Shown: positions 38,154 to 49,570, counted from the stretch's first letter. The stretch is 64,000 nucleotides of DNA from Verrucomicrobiota bacterium (GCA_041167675.1 JBEEIB010000301.1:20287-84286); one strand, 5' to 3'. Numbers and translations are program-made. The notes: generated by a model from the letters alone, not told the origin.

Positions 38154-39476
38154 ATGGAAGCACCCGTCGCTCCAATCGAAACGTTGCCGAAGGTTGTCAT
38201 CGTAGGAGGAGGCTTTGGCGGTCTCTATGCCGCAAAAGAGCTCGCGGAAAAAGATGTACGCGTCACTTTGGTCGACCGCACGAACCATCACTTATTCCAG
38301 CCGCTCCTCTATCAAGTAGCTACAGCGGGGCTTTCGCCGGCGGACATCGCACAACCGATTCGGCACATCCTGAAAGAGGCCAAAAACACCGAAGTGGTAA
38401 TGGCGGAAGTGGACCGCATCGATACGCAGTCAAAACAAGTTCACACCACTAAGGGCCTGATCTTTTCATATGATTACTTGATCGTCGCCGCCGGAGCACG
38501 GCATTCTTATTTTGGTCATGACGAATGGGAGCGGTTTGCTCCAGGTCTGAAGAATCTGGAAGACGCTCTCGAATTGCGGCGCCGGATTTTGAAGGCCTTC
38601 GAGGCCGCGGAGATAACTAATTCCGAAGAGGAACGGCGAGCTGCTCTGACTTTTGTTGTGGTGGGAGCTGGACCGACTGGAGTCGAAATGGCAGGTGCGG
38701 TTGCAGAACTCGCGGGCCATACGTTAGCCGAAGATTTTCGTCACATTGATCCGCGCGCGACTCGCGTCTTGCTGGTGGAAGGTGTCGCGCGCGTGCTACC
38801 GGCTTTCCATGAAGATCTGTCCCGCTCAGCACTGAAGCAGTTGCAAAGTATGGGTATCGAAGTGCGTACGGGGACGTCGGTCAAGGAAGTCACGAATCAT
38901 GGCGTAACCGTGAACGGAGAATTTATTCCCAGTTGGACCGTGATCTGGGCAGCCGGAAATGCCGCCGCGCCGGTTGGCAAGAGTTTGGGCGCGGAAACGG
39001 ACCGAGTCGGCCGAGTAATCGTAAATGAGGATCTAACGGTTCCGGGCCACCCGGAGGTTTTCGCGATCGGTGATATGGCATGCTTCAAACACCAAACCGG
39101 CGAACCATTGCCGGCTCTCTCACCAGTCGCGATGCAGATGGGCCGGCATGCCGCGAAAAACATTCTTTCCCGCCTGCAAGGTCAGAGGCTGGCAGCATTT
39201 CGTTATTTCGATAAAGGCACGATGGCAACGATTGGCCGGAACAAGGCGATTGCCGACCTCAAGTTTGTTCGTTTCGGAGGATATCTGGCTTGGCTAAGCT
39301 GGCTATTTGTCCATCTGATCTTTTTAATCGGTCTCCGTAATCGATTGCTGGTTTTCTTCCAGTGGACCTGGGCTTACCTGACCTATGGTCGGGGAGCACG
39401 ACTGATCTACGGGACGTTCAAACCGCAGGTCGACAAGATTAAGGAGAAAGAGGAGAAAGTAGAATCCAGAGTTTAG
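38154..39476 (+). CDS. ndh: Type II NADH dehydrogenase (NDH-2)
   Basis: VVIVGGGFGG, FQPLLYQVAT, VVGAGPTGVE.AG, WAAG, FAIGD, Y.DKGTMATIGR. Confidence 0.92.
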   Translation: MEAPVAPIETLPKVVIVGGGFGGLYAAKELAEKDVRVTLVDRTNHHLFQPLLYQVATAGLSPADIAQPIRHILKEAKNTEVVMAEVDRIDTQSKQVHTTKGLIFSYDYLIVAAGARHSYFGHDEWERFAPGLKNLEDALELRRRILKAFEAAEITNSEEERRAALTFVVVGAGPTGVEMAGAVAELAGHTLAEDFRHIDPRATRVLLVEGVARVLPAFHEDLSRSALKQLQSMGIEVRTGTSVKEVTNHGVTVNGEFIPSWTVIWAAGNAAAPVGKSLGAETDRVGRVIVNEDLTVPGHPEVFAIGDMACFKHQTGEPLPALSPVAMQMGRHAAKNILSRLQGQRLAAFRYFDKGTMATIGRNKAIADLKFVRFGGYLAWLSWLFVHLIFLIGLRNRLLVFFQWTWAYLTYGRGARLIYGTFKPQVDKIKEKEEKVESRV

Positions 39477-39555
39477 ACTCTGGCATCGCGCTCAAGACGC
39501 GTTGCGCACCTCGAAGGGGTGCGTCTATCGCCCAAACGCCCAGCGTCTAACGCCC

Positions 39556-40401
39556 ATGCTCGATAGGATCCGCCGAATTCTTCAGTTCATCCGCTTTTCT
39601 CACACTATCTTCGCCCTTCCATTTGCGGTTGGATCGATGCTGGTGGCTGCCCACGGTCTTCCGGACTGGCCGCTTGCCTTGCTGATTCTGTTGGCGATGG
39701 TCTTCGCCCGGACCGCGGCGATGGCGTTTAATCGCCTGGCCGATTGGGAAATTGATCAACGCAACCCGCGCACGGCCGCCCGCCACAAGCTGGTTGCCAA
39801 ACCGATGGCGATATTGCTCGTGGTTCTTCCGGCGGCCTCCTTCATTGCCGTCTGTTGGTTCATTAATCCACTTTGCTTTCTGCTTTCGCCCGTCGCGCTC
39901 GGAATCATTTTCTTCTATTCCTACACCAAACGGTTTACCTCGTTTACTCAGTTTGTACTGGGACTGTCTCTGGCAATTGCTCCGATCGGAGCTTGGCTGG
40001 CGGTTCGCGGTGAGTTCGCTTTACCTCCGCTGATACTCGCTCTTGGCGTGATTTTTTGGGTCGGCGGATTTGATCTGATTTATTCGATCCAAGATTACGA
40101 TTTCGATCGTCGGACAGGCCTGCATTCGATGGTGGTCAAATATGGGATTCCTTCGAGTCTTCGCCTTGCGCAGATCATGCACGGCGCTCTGCTGCTATGC
40201 CTCATTGGTTTTGGCTGTGTCAGTGGACTTGGCTTGGTCTATTATGGAGCGCTGTTGTTGGTTGGTGGTGCCCTTTTCTATGAGCATCGCGCCGCGTCCA
40301 AGCTCGACTTAAAGGGAGTCAACCAAGCGTTTTTCCAGAGCAACGCATTTGTCAGTATTGTTTTCGTAGCGGCAATCGCTCTGGATCTTGTGATTCGCTG
40401 A
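39556..40401 (+). CDS. UbiA-family prenyltransferase (MqnP-like)
   Basis: IRFSHTIFALPFA, ARTAAMAFNRLAD..ID.RNPRTA.R, YSYTKRF, GFDLIYSIQD..FD. Confidence 0.88.
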   Translation: MLDRIRRILQFIRFSHTIFALPFAVGSMLVAAHGLPDWPLALLILLAMVFARTAAMAFNRLADWEIDQRNPRTAARHKLVAKPMAILLVVLPAASFIAVCWFINPLCFLLSPVALGIIFFYSYTKRFTSFTQFVLGLSLAIAPIGAWLAVRGEFALPPLILALGVIFWVGGFDLIYSIQDYDFDRRTGLHSMVVKYGIPSSLRLAQIMHGALLLCLIGFGCVSGLGLVYYGALLLVGGALFYEHRAASKLDLKGVNQAFFQSNAFVSIVFVAAIALDLVIR

Positions 40402-40474
40402 AACCCTTAGTGGTACAAGCGGCCGTACCCCGATCCGGCGGCTGATTTTTGGTCTGAGGCTATCGGTCTGCAAA

Positions 40475-40502
40475 TGATCCATCAAAGTATCATGATGGAT
40501 CA
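40475..40502. promoter_or_regulatory. Palindromic operator upstream of metH (SahR-like)
   Basis: TGATCCATCA-N8-TGATGGATCA perfect dyad; core ATCAA-N6-ATGAT is one mismatch from ATCAA-N6-TTGAT. Confidence 0.5.
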
Positions 40503-40555
40503 ATATATCGTTTGCGGCTCCCTTTTCGCCGTGCTAGCTTTTGCTCCTTGTCGCT

Positions 40556-43500
40556 ATGGCGAAGCAACTTCCTCAATCAAGTTCATTCAATATATTAGAC
40601 GCGCTCGCCCAGCGCATCCTAATCCTCGACGGAGCGATGGGTACAATGGTTCAGCGGTTTCGCCTCCAAGAGGAAGATTATCGCGGTGGCCGCTTTCGAG
40701 ATCATCCGATCGGCCTGAAGAACAATAATGACGTTCTCAATCTGACTCAGCCCCAAATAATCGAACAGATTCATCGTGAATATCTGGCGGCGGGTGCGGA
40801 TATCATCGAAACCAATACTTTCAATGCGACTGCGATTTCTCAGGAGGACTTCGGCCTGCAGAAATTGGTGGCAGAGATGAATCGTACAGCGGCGGAATTG
40901 GCCAAGGCTGCGGTCGCCGAGTGCATGGCCGTGGATCCTTCTCGGCGGCGATATGTCGCTGGATCAATTGGCCCGTTAAATCGCACGCTCTCGATCTCCC
41001 GCGACGTTAACGATCCGGGCAAGAGGGAGGTGACCTGGGAGCAAGTGAAAAACGCCTATGGCGAGCAAGCGCAAGCGTTGCTCGAGGGAGGCGTCGATTT
41101 GCTATTGGTGGAGACGACCTTTGATACCCTCAATCTGAAAGCGGCGTTATTTGCGATCGAAGAGGTATTTGCCAAGATAGGCTATCGAGTGCCGCTGATG
41201 GCCTCCGGAACAATCACTGACGCAAGCGGACGTACGCTGACCGGACAAACGACCGAGGCTTTCTGGATCTCAATCTCCCACGCTCCGCTACTCAGCGTCG
41301 GGCTCAATTGTGCTCTTGGGCCCAAGGAGCTTAGACCGTACATTGAAGAACTGGCGCGGATCGCACCAATCTACGTTTCTTGCTATCCTAATGCCGGCCT
41401 GCCCGATCCGCTGTCGCCGACTGGTTTTCCGGAAACGCCGGAATCACTGGCTCCTCAGCTGAAAGAGTGGGCAGAGTTGGGTTGGCTGAACATAGTCGGT
41501 GGATGTTGTGGAACCACACCGGAACACATCGCCGCGCTCGCCAAGTTGGTAGGCGGTCTTCCGCCTCGGAGACTACCGGAAAAGAAAATCCAAACTCAAT
41601 TGAGTGGTTTGGAGCCTTATCAATTTGGCTCAACCTACACCGTCATCGGTGAGCGAACCAACATCACTGGCTCACCGAAATTTTCGAAACTCATCTTGGC
41701 TGGAGATTTTGATGGAGCGTTGGCCGTCGCTCGCCAGCAGGTCGAGGGGGGAGCGAACATTCTCGATGTTAACATGGACGAAGGAATGATCGATTCCGAA
41801 GCGGCCATGCGGAAATTTCTGAACTTGGTTGCAGCTGAACCGGACATCTCCCGATTGCCGATTATGGTGGACAGTTCAAAATGGTCCGTGTTGGAGGCTG
41901 GTTTGCAGTGTATTCAAGGTAAAGGCGTTGTTAATTCGATCAGTTTGAAGGAGGGCGAGGAAAAGTTTCGAATCCACGCTGAGTTAGTGCGCCGGTACGG
42001 CGCTGCCGTTGTCGTGATGGCATTCGACGAAAAAGGACAAGCCGACACATTTGAGCGCAAAATCGAAATTTGTGCGCGGGCTTACCGGCTATTGGTAGAA
42101 GAGATTGGCTTCCCTCCGGAAGATATCATTTTCGATCCGAACATACTTACGGTCGCTACTGGTATGGAGGAACACAATTCCTACGCGAAAACATTTATTG
42201 AGGCGACAAGATGGATTAAGGCCCATCTGCCGCACTGCCGGGTAAGCGGAGGAGTTAGCAATATCTCCTTCTCATTTCGGGGTAACAATGCTGTCCGAGA
42301 GGCGATGCACGCGGCTTTTCTCTATCATGCGATTCAGGCGGGTATGGACATGGGAATCGTGAACGCTGGACAGCTGGCGGTGTACGAACAGATCCCGGCG
42401 GTTCTCCTCGAGCTGGTCGAAGACGTGCTTTTCGACCGGCGCAAGGATGCGACGGAGCGGCTGGTAGATTTTGCCGAGCGGGTAAAACAAACCGCCAAAG
42501 CAGAGGTGAAAGACGAGGCTTGGCGATCTACCGAGGTGGAGGAGCGGCTGGCCTATGCTCTGATCAAAGGCATCGTCGATTACATCGATGTTGATACCGA
42601 AGAGGCGCGCCAAAAGTACTCTCGACCAATTTCCGTCATCGAGGGTCCGCTGATGAAGGGAATGAGCATCGTTGGCGATCTATTCGGATCCGGGAAAATG
42701 TTTCTTCCCCAAGTGGTAAAGAGCGCGCGGGTGATGAAAAAAGCCGTCGCTTATCTCATGCCGTTCATGGAAAAAGAAAAGGAAACTAATCCGGAAAGAC
42801 GAGCTCAGGGCAAAATTGTGATCGCCACGGTCAAGGGAGACGTTCATGACATCGGTAAAAATATCGTTGGTGTCGTGTTGGCCTGCAACAATTTCGAGGT
42901 GACGGATCTCGGGGTTATGGTACCCGCCGAAAAAATCTTGGAAGAAGCACGAAAGCGAAACGCCGACGTAATTGGACTGAGCGGATTAATTACTCCGTCG
43001 CTCGATGAGATGGTCCATGTCGCCCAAGAGATGGAGCGACTGGGTTACACCGAACCGCTGTTGATCGGCGGAGCAACCACCAGCCGCGCTCATACCTCGG
43101 TGAAAATTGCACCGCACTATTCCGGACCGGTTATTCACGTGCTGGATGCGTCGCGAGCCGCTGGGGTGGTGTCCTCTATGCTGAGCGAAGATCTCAAGCC
43201 GAGCTTCATCGCGAAAAATGCTGAAGAACAGAACAAGCTTCGTCTGGAGTTTCAGCAAAAGATCAGCAGTAAACCTTTACTCTCGATTGGAGCGGCCCGA
43301 GAGCGGAAAGAACCGATCGATTGGAGCACGGCTCAGATTGATCGACCCAGCTTTTCTGGAGCGGAGTCGATCGGAAGCCAGCCGCTCGATGAACTGGTTT
43401 CTTACATCGATTGGTCGCCATTTTTCCATACTTGGGAATTACGTGGGCGATTCCCGGCCATTCTCGATGATCCAGAGGTGGGATCCCAGGCTCGACAGCT

Positions 43501-44275
43501 GTTCGAAGACGCGCAGAAACTACTCCAGGATATCGTGAACAGTCGTCTTATCACTGCCAAAGGAGTCTACGGATTCTGGCCGGCTAATAGTGTGGGTGAT
43601 GATATTGAGGTATACCATGAGGAATCCCGGACGAACGTGCTTGCAGTCTTCCGCATGCTCCGTCAGCAAATGGATAAGCCCTCGGGTCAGTTCAATCATT
43701 GCTTGGCCGATTTTATCGCTCCGAAGTCGAGCGGACGGGCTGATTATCTTGGTGGTTTCGCGGTCACCGCCGGACATGGCGCGGATGAGTTAGCGCGACA
43801 GTTTGAAGCCGACCATGACGATTACAATGCCATCATGACCAAAGCTTTGGCCGATCGATTGGCCGAAGCTTTTGCTGAATACCTGCACGAGCGGGCCCGA
43901 AGGGAATGGGGGTTTGGCGTCGAAGAGAAACTGAGTAAAGAAGATCTGCTCCGAGAATCATATCGTGGGATTCGACCAGCGGCTGGATATCCGGCCTGTC
44001 CGGACCACACCGAGAAGCGAACGCTCTTCGATCTTTTGCAGGCGCAGAAAGCGACCGGCATACAGTTGACAGAGAGTTATGCGATGTGGCCTGGTGCTTC
44101 GGTCAGCGGGCTCTATTTTGCGGCTCCCAACGCGAAGTACTTCGGAGTTGGAAAGATCGGTCGCGATCAGATCCAAGATTATCAAGTTCGCAAAGGGTTG
44201 CCTTTGGAAGAAGTCGAGCGCTGGCTGGGTCCGTATCTAAATTATCAACCTCCGAGCGCGGTAGCAGCCAAGTAA
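40556..44275 (+). CDS. metH: Cobalamin-dependent methionine synthase
   Basis: [34 protein letters not shown] (B12-binding), [22 protein letters not shown]. Confidence 0.98.
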   Translation: MAKQLPQSSSFNILDALAQRILILDGAMGTMVQRFRLQEEDYRGGRFRDHPIGLKNNNDVLNLTQPQIIEQIHREYLAAGADIIETNTFNATAISQEDFGLQKLVAEMNRTAAELAKAAVAECMAVDPSRRRYVAGSIGPLNRTLSISRDVNDPGKREVTWEQVKNAYGEQAQALLEGGVDLLLVETTFDTLNLKAALFAIEEVFAKIGYRVPLMASGTITDASGRTLTGQTTEAFWISISHAPLLSVGLNCALGPKELRPYIEELARIAPIYVSCYPNAGLPDPLSPTGFPETPESLAPQLKEWAELGWLNIVGGCCGTTPEHIAALAKLVGGLPPRRLPEKKIQTQLSGLEPYQFGSTYTVIGERTNITGSPKFSKLILAGDFDGALAVARQQVEGGANILDVNMDEGMIDSEAAMRKFLNLVAAEPDISRLPIMVDSSKWSVLEAGLQCIQGKGVVNSISLKEGEEKFRIHAELVRRYGAAVVVMAFDEKGQADTFERKIEICARAYRLLVEEIGFPPEDIIFDPNILTVATGMEEHNSYAKTFIEATRWIKAHLPHCRVSGGVSNISFSFRGNNAVREAMHAAFLYHAIQAGMDMGIVNAGQLAVYEQIPAVLLELVEDVLFDRRKDATERLVDFAERVKQTAKAEVKDEAWRSTEVEERLAYALIKGIVDYIDVDTEEARQKYSRPISVIEGPLMKGMSIVGDLFGSGKMFLPQVVKSARVMKKAVAYLMPFMEKEKETNPERRAQGKIVIATVKGDVHDIGKNIVGVVLACNNFEVTDLGVMVPAEKILEEARKRNADVIGLSGLITPSLDEMVHVAQEMERLGYTEPLLIGGATTSRAHTSVKIAPHYSGPVIHVLDASRAAGVVSSMLSEDLKPSFIAKNAEEQNKLRLEFQQKISSKPLLSIGAARERKEPIDWSTAQIDRPSFSGAESIGSQPLDELVSYIDWSPFFHTWELRGRFPAILDDPEVGSQARQLFEDAQKLLQDIVNSRLITAKGVYGFWPANSVGDDIEVYHEESRTNVLAVFRMLRQQMDKPSGQFNHCLADFIAPKSSGRADYLGGFAVTAGHGADELARQFEADHDDYNAIMTKALADRLAEAFAEYLHERARREWGFGVEEKLSKEDLLRESYRGIRPAAGYPACPDHTEKRTLFDLLQAQKATGIQLTESYAMWPGASVSGLYFAAPNAKYFGVGKIGRDQIQDYQVRKGLPLEEVERWLGPYLNYQPPSAVAAK

Positions 44276-44480
44276 CGATCTCACATTCGCAGGATCCATC
44301 GGCGCCCGAGTCGGATGTGTTCGTTCCGTCAGGAATGCGGTGAAAGTAGGCCAGTATTTTGTAGCGCCTGCGATCAAATGTTCCTTCGGGACGGATCGAA
44401 AAAAAGATTCGCGGCCAATCAGGGCTGGCAATTTGACCATGACCGAAAAAACTCCTGGCTATAGGCCATCTCCACCGATC

Positions 44481-45284
44481 CTATTCCTTCTGCGTGCCAG
44501 GCTCAAATTTCTCCAATTCGGCAAATACATATCCGACGAAGATATCGGCTTCAACTCGCAGTGGGATTCGATAATTGTCGTCTGAAATCCATCCCCGGCC
44601 GCTCTTGAACCGTTTGTAGGTCTTGAGCTGTAAATGTTGATCGATCGATTTGAAATTTAGATTAACTTTGATCGCATTGCGGTCGGTGTCGCCGATTCGA
44701 ATCTTTTCTCGGCCAGCTACCTGCAGCGTAGCCAGGTAAGCGGCATTATTTGCATAAATAACCATCACCTCTTTTTCGCCCTCCGTCAGCGGCTGGCTCC
44801 GGAGCCAGAAGTATGCGGTCTCAAAGCTAAAAATCGGCGCGAATTCTATGGTTCGCGTTTTGGGTGGTTCTTTTGCTGGAGTAACATCCCGCAAACTAGT
44901 GGTTGTCTTGGAATTGAAATCAATGGTCGTTTTGACATCTTGTGACGCATACTTTTCGTTCTGGACGATACGCGTCGGCAAGAGAGTCGAGCGACGGGAA
45001 AGACATTCATGCTCGAGGTCTAAACGAAAAAGGGCGCGTGCCAACCCAACCGTTCCCCCGTTCGCCTCGGTTTTCACCAGATCACCCTCCCGCGTTAGGT
45101 GGACGTCCGCTTCTGCAGCGGTGATTCCGCTCCAACCAAAGCGATAGGCCAAATGGGCGTTGGGCGGGAACGGAAAAGTTCCCGGGCCTTTGCTGGTCGT
45201 TACGGAATCGGCCCACGGCGGCATCTCGGCCGCCCGACCCACCGACAGAAGAATGACGACGCAAAATGGAAGGAAGATCTTCAT
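44481..45284 (-). CDS. DUF3108 family secreted protein
   Basis: Signal peptide, YRFGWSGITAA, V.GREKI, WISDD..RIPLRVEA.IFVG.V.AEL; ATG overlaps the upstream stop. Confidence 0.8.
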   Translation of the reverse strand: MKIFLPFCVVILLSVGRAAEMPPWADSVTTSKGPGTFPFPPNAHLAYRFGWSGITAAEADVHLTREGDLVKTEANGGTVGLARALFRLDLEHECLSRRSTLLPTRIVQNEKYASQDVKTTIDFNSKTTTSLRDVTPAKEPPKTRTIEFAPIFSFETAYFWLRSQPLTEGEKEVMVIYANNAAYLATLQVAGREKIRIGDTDRNAIKVNLNFKSIDQHLQLKTYKRFKSGRGWISDDNYRIPLRVEADIFVGYVFAELEKFEPGTQKE

Positions 45285-46030
45285 TTGGGTATGATGCGCT
45301 CGACGCTCTGGGTATGAATCCAACCGCTCGAACCATTACTGAGACGACAAAAGGTCCAGTCACCCCGTTCGGTTGCCAACCTCAGTTCCTGACCGGCACC
45401 CATTGTTACCACCGTGCGCGAACTTGCGGCCGGTCCGAATCGAACATCCGCACTTTGGTCGACGAGCACCGCGAGATTCGGATCTTTCATCCCGTTGCCG
45501 ACCCAAAGCGTGACCGCCAAGCTCAAAACCAAAAACGGAGCAAAAACGAGCAACGCGATTTTGGCCGCGGTACGAAAGCGCTGAATGGTCGCCCACAACA
45601 AGGCTGCAATTGCTGTGAGCCAAAAAAAGATTGCGGTGCTAACGAACCAAAAATCGGACCGTAGCCTCAGCCATTGATAAAAAGGATGCTCTTCGGTACT
45701 GCCGATCGAATGGAGGACCGCAGCGAGATTCTGCTGAGCAGGAGCGAAATTTGGGTCCAACACCAATGAACGACGGAAATTAAGGATCGCTCGTCCTTGC
45801 TCTCCTTCCTTCAACCAGACGTTGCCAAGATTGAAAAAAAGCTCCGGGGCCGCTTTGCCGGCCGAGATCAGCTGTAGATAATTGGCTCTCGCTTCCTCGT
45901 ATTTTCCTTCGCGATAGGCCTGATTCGCTTTCTCCAGCGTGATCAATTCGGCGCCAGAGGCAGCGACATTTGCAAGAAGGACCCAGGTGCTCGCCGCGAT
46001 CAGCAAACGTTTTATGGCGCCTTTTCCCAT
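45281..46030 (-). CDS. BatE-like TPR/SH3 protein
   Basis: ANQAY.EGKYEEA, FNLGN, G.AILNF.R.L.LDP, TM pair, SH3-like GDW......NG.SGWI. Confidence 0.8.
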   Translation of the reverse strand: MGKGAIKRLLIAASTWVLLANVAASGAELITLEKANQAYREGKYEEARANYLQLISAGKAAPELFFNLGNVWLKEGEQGRAILNFRRSLVLDPNFAPAQQNLAAVLHSIGSTEEHPFYQWLRLRSDFWFVSTAIFFWLTAIAALLWATIQRFRTAAKIALLVFAPFLVLSLAVTLWVGNGMKDPNLAVLVDQSADVRFGPAASSRTVVTMGAGQELRLATERGDWTFCRLSNGSSGWIHTQSVERIIPK

Positions 46031-47757
46031 GCGTCGATCAATTCTTTGATTTCCGTGTGCTCGGCCGCAGAAAGGGTATACGCCTGCCCGGCGTAGACAC
46101 AGTTCGCGCGTTTCTCGATCACACGATTCAGACCGTTCCGGATTTCCTCCGGTATCTCTTTTTGTTGCAGCGCCTCTTCCGCCGTGATGTGGCGAAGAGC
46201 CCCTTTGGATCGGACGAGCGGATCCAGCTGGATGAGGCGGACGGCTGCCGAGAGGGCCACTTCAGCTTCGGGAGCGGCAAGTTTTCGCCGCTGGGCACGT
46301 CGATCGGCTAAGAGCACTCGGAGAGGTGCTCGCTCTTGTGACCGCCGTTTTCTCCAATGGCTGATCGCTAACCCAGCCGCGATCGCGGCCGGAATGAGTT
46401 GGATTAACCAAAAACCGGGATTTCGGTTGACCGGTTGAAATGACCCCCGGGTTTCGCCTTTGGCGACGAAGTCGGTCAGACCCAAATTTGGCTTTTGCGC
46501 GGGACTGGCCGGCTGGGGGATATTCGGGGTGGGCTGGGAGCCAGGTTGTGATAGTTGCGGACCCTCTACACTGATCTCTTTAGGAGCAAGATCCAACGTC
46601 ACATACTTTTCCTGGTCCGGATCGAAGTAGGAGAAACTTGCGGCCGGCGATTCGTGAACCGGCGCATTGGCCACGATCGGATAATGGAAGGTCTTAACCG
46701 CGTTCAAGCCAATGTCATCCTGGGCCTCAATTTCGGATGTTGCCTGGTGGACGTGCCAAACGGGGCTTGCGGCCAGGGTGGGCGCTTGAACTCGATCAAA
46801 GCTGCCGTTTCCAGAAATTTGGATCTGTAGATCAAGCGGATCGCCCACGCCAGCGTGACTTGGGTGAACCGAACCCGTCATCGTAAATGTCCCGACCGCT
46901 CCAGTGAAGTTCGCCGGACGACCGTCCGTGGGCAAGGCCTTGATTTGAATTGTCGCACCGTTGGTAGCGATCGACGCTTCTTTCCGTTCATATCCGCTAA
47001 ACCCATTGCTAAATGGTGACCGATCAAAGTCATCATCAAAACCGGGTGGAGCGTTTCGTAGCACCGGAACATGCAACAGAAATTCTTGCGTTGCCGACCG
47101 AAGATCCAGTCGTCCGGCTCGGACTCCGGTTATCGCCGTTTTGTAGATAAGTACTCGATACCAGCGGCCATTCACCTGGACCTCTTTCTCGGCCGGGTCC
47201 GGGTACTTAGCCGTTACGAAACCATCGCCATCTACGATGGGAAGTTGTCCCTGCGGATACGGCTGATACCAGATTCGCCGATCAAAATAATACCGAAGTT
47301 CTACCGGAACCGGTTCTCCGACGTAAGCGGAATCTTTCGGAACAACTAGCTCTCCGAAATACGACTTGTTAGGTTCGGCTGGTTTATTCGTTTCCTCTTT
47401 AAGAACGGTCAGAGTCAAAGGCGCACTTTGAATTTCGCGGCCGTTGAGATTCAACTTCACCGGTGGAATCGAGAATGTGCCCTCTCGTTGCGGAGTGATC
47501 ACGTAAGTGAAATTGACACTGAACAAAGTCTCGCCATTCAATGTCTGCATTCGCGTCGATTGGCCGGCAAATCGAATCGAAAGACCATCTGCCGAGATGT
47601 TTGGAGGTTCTGCCATTCGGAGGTTTCGGACTTCTACTTCCAACTGAACGGGCTGGGAGACGGTAGTATGCTCGCTGGACAAAGTTGCTTGAACCTTTGA
47701 TTCGCCCGGATCGGTTCTCGCGACAACGCAAATTAGGAAAAGCAGAGCCAGCTTCAT
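46012..47757 (-). CDS. BatD family protein
   Basis: P.REGTFSIP, YVGEP, LP..GRP..FTGAVG.F, G.G, FSYFDP....Y; position in the Bat operon. Confidence 0.85.
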   Translation of the reverse strand: MKLALLFLICVVARTDPGESKVQATLSSEHTTVSQPVQLEVEVRNLRMAEPPNISADGLSIRFAGQSTRMQTLNGETLFSVNFTYVITPQREGTFSIPPVKLNLNGREIQSAPLTLTVLKEETNKPAEPNKSYFGELVVPKDSAYVGEPVPVELRYYFDRRIWYQPYPQGQLPIVDGDGFVTAKYPDPAEKEVQVNGRWYRVLIYKTAITGVRAGRLDLRSATQEFLLHVPVLRNAPPGFDDDFDRSPFSNGFSGYERKEASIATNGATIQIKALPTDGRPANFTGAVGTFTMTGSVHPSHAGVGDPLDLQIQISGNGSFDRVQAPTLAASPVWHVHQATSEIEAQDDIGLNAVKTFHYPIVANAPVHESPAASFSYFDPDQEKYVTLDLAPKEISVEGPQLSQPGSQPTPNIPQPASPAQKPNLGLTDFVAKGETRGSFQPVNRNPGFWLIQLIPAAIAAGLAISHWRKRRSQERAPLRVLLADRRAQRRKLAAPEAEVALSAAVRLIQLDPLVRSKGALRHITAEEALQQKEIPEEIRNGLNRVIEKRANCVYAGQAYTLSAAEHTEIKELIDAWEKAP

Positions 47758-47758
47758 C

Positions 47759-49570
47759 TCACCAATCCTTGAGTACCGGTCGATCGGTTTTTTTGCGCCG
47801 AGACAGATCAACGTGGTCCTCGTCGTCTCGGAACGAATCAAGCAATCCGTTTGCTTCTTCCGGACTCATCTTTTGCCCATTAGGCATCTCGCCCTCCGGT
47901 TTCTCTTTGGTTGCGTCGTTGGGTTCGATTGCACGTAAATCTCCTTCCTTCTTCTTCTCCGGACCAGAATCTGCATCCGGGGGAGCCGCTTGGCCGTTTC
48001 TAGAACGATCTTGAGAAGGATCAGAACCTCGGTTTGACTGGCGGCCGCTGTTTCCTTGAGATTGACCTTCTCCCGAGGGAGGGCCCTTTGATTGCTGTTT
48101 CCCGTTCGAGTTACGGGCTCCTCCTTCCTGCTGCTTTCGTTTTTTCAGCTCTTCGATACGGCGTTTTACCAGAGCCAAATTCTTTTTTGCTGCCTCATCA
48201 TTTGGATCGATCGCAAGCGCTTGTTCATACAAGTATTCCGCATCTTGGTAACTGGTCAGTTGCCGCTCAATATCTTCTTGCCAATCGCCCTGTCTAAAAA
48301 GGGCGTTTCCACCATTGTAGTAGGCCTTTTCGCGAAGAGTCGTATTGGGACTTTGCAGAACCTCAGAGAAATTCTCGAAGGCTTGGTCGTATTTTCCCAT
48401 CCGGTAGGCGGCAGTGCCGGCATTGAAATTCAGTATCGGATCGTGCGGCGAGCGTTCCAATTCCTGCCGCCATTGCCGCAGCGCTCCATTGTAATCTCCT
48501 TGCTGATACAGATCAAAAGCGCTAGCTGCCTTGGCCGATGTGCCGATGGCAAATGTGAGAATGAGCAATAATGGGACAGTCGCTCTTTGGAATCGCTGAC
48601 GTTCGCTAAGAATCGAAGAAATCACCAGGAAGAGTAACCCGCAGGCAAGAGGCCAGCGATAGCGCTCAATCGGGATACGGAAAGTGTGCTGGCCAAGCTT
48701 GGACTCACTCAGGCGATTGATACCGTCGCGAACTAGGCGCGAAACGCTATCCGGCTGCAGACGGAGGTAAAAGCCGCCGGTCGCTTGCGCAATGCCTTTC
48801 AGGCGGGCCTCGTCCAGCTTGGTTCTCACGGTCTTTCCACTACTGTCGCGGAGTAGTTGCCCATTTGGCAACGGGATCGTTGCTCCGTCTGGAGAGCCGA
48901 TGCCGACGGTGAAAATCCGAATGCCGTTTTTGGCGGCACGGTCTGCTTCGGCAACACCATCTTCGTCCAGCTCCTCGCCATCGGTGACCAGAACCAGAGC
49001 TTTGTAATTCTCGCCGTTGCGCCCAAGAATTAGTTCACCTGCTCGGATGGCGGCGGCAATATCGGTGCCACCGCGAGCAACCGTGTTGGTATTGAGTTCG
49101 TTGAGACTGGCGATAACCGTGTCGTAATCAATCGTGAGTGGTGCTTCGACCTGTGCTTCCCCGGCAAATGCCAGCAGCCCGAATCGATCTCCCGGCATGG
49201 ATTCAATCAAATCTTCGGCCGCTAATTTGGCGCGAGCTAGTCGGCTAGGCGATAGGTCGGTACTGAGCATACTTTTCGAAGTGTCTATCGCCAGGAGAAT
49301 ATCGCGCCCTTGAAAGTTCTGCGTTTCCCGAACTTCGCCCCATTGTGGTTGGGCCAACGCGAAAACAAAGCAAGCTAAAGCGATAAGAAAGAGAACGCGC
49401 CGGCAAAAGCGGAGACGCTGGTCAACCGTGTCGGTCAAAGAGGGTAGCAACCTGGAGGCCACAATCCGCTCGAGCCGTTGGCGCACGAGCCGGTCGCCTC
49501 GGCCCATCAGAATGGCCGCGACCGGCACCAAAATAAGAAGCAGCAGCGCAAAGGGTTGTCCGAAACTCAT
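47759..49570 (-). CDS. BatB/BatC-like vWA + TPR fusion protein
   Basis: LAQPQWG, MIDAS DTSKSM, PSRL..AK, PLT.D, TDGE, C-terminal TPRs and Q/S-rich tail ending KDW. Confidence 0.85.
   Translation of the reverse strand: MSFGQPFALLLLILVPVAAILMGRGDRLVRQRLERIVASRLLPSLTDTVDQRLRFCRRVLFLIALACFVFALAQPQWGEVRETQNFQGRDILLAIDTSKSMLSTDLSPSRLARAKLAAEDLIESMPGDRFGLLAFAGEAQVEAPLTIDYDTVIASLNELNTNTVARGGTDIAAAIRAGELILGRNGENYKALVLVTDGEELDEDGVAEADRAAKNGIRIFTVGIGSPDGATIPLPNGQLLRDSSGKTVRTKLDEARLKGIAQATGGFYLRLQPDSVSRLVRDGINRLSESKLGQHTFRIPIERYRWPLACGLLFLVISSILSERQRFQRATVPLLLILTFAIGTSAKAASAFDLYQQGDYNGALRQWRQELERSPHDPILNFNAGTAAYRMGKYDQAFENFSEVLQSPNTTLREKAYYNGGNALFRQGDWQEDIERQLTSYQDAEYLYEQALAIDPNDEAAKKNLALVKRRIEELKKRKQQEGGARNSNGKQQSKGPPSGEGQSQGNSGRQSNRGSDPSQDRSRNGQAAPPDADSGPEKKKEGDLRAIEPNDATKEKPEGEMPNGQKMSPEEANGLLDSFRDDEDHVDLSRRKKTDRPVLKDW

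Noticed and set aside
40402-40555. SAM or cobalamin riboswitch upstream of metH
   Set aside because: No recognisable conserved riboswitch motifs in this short region
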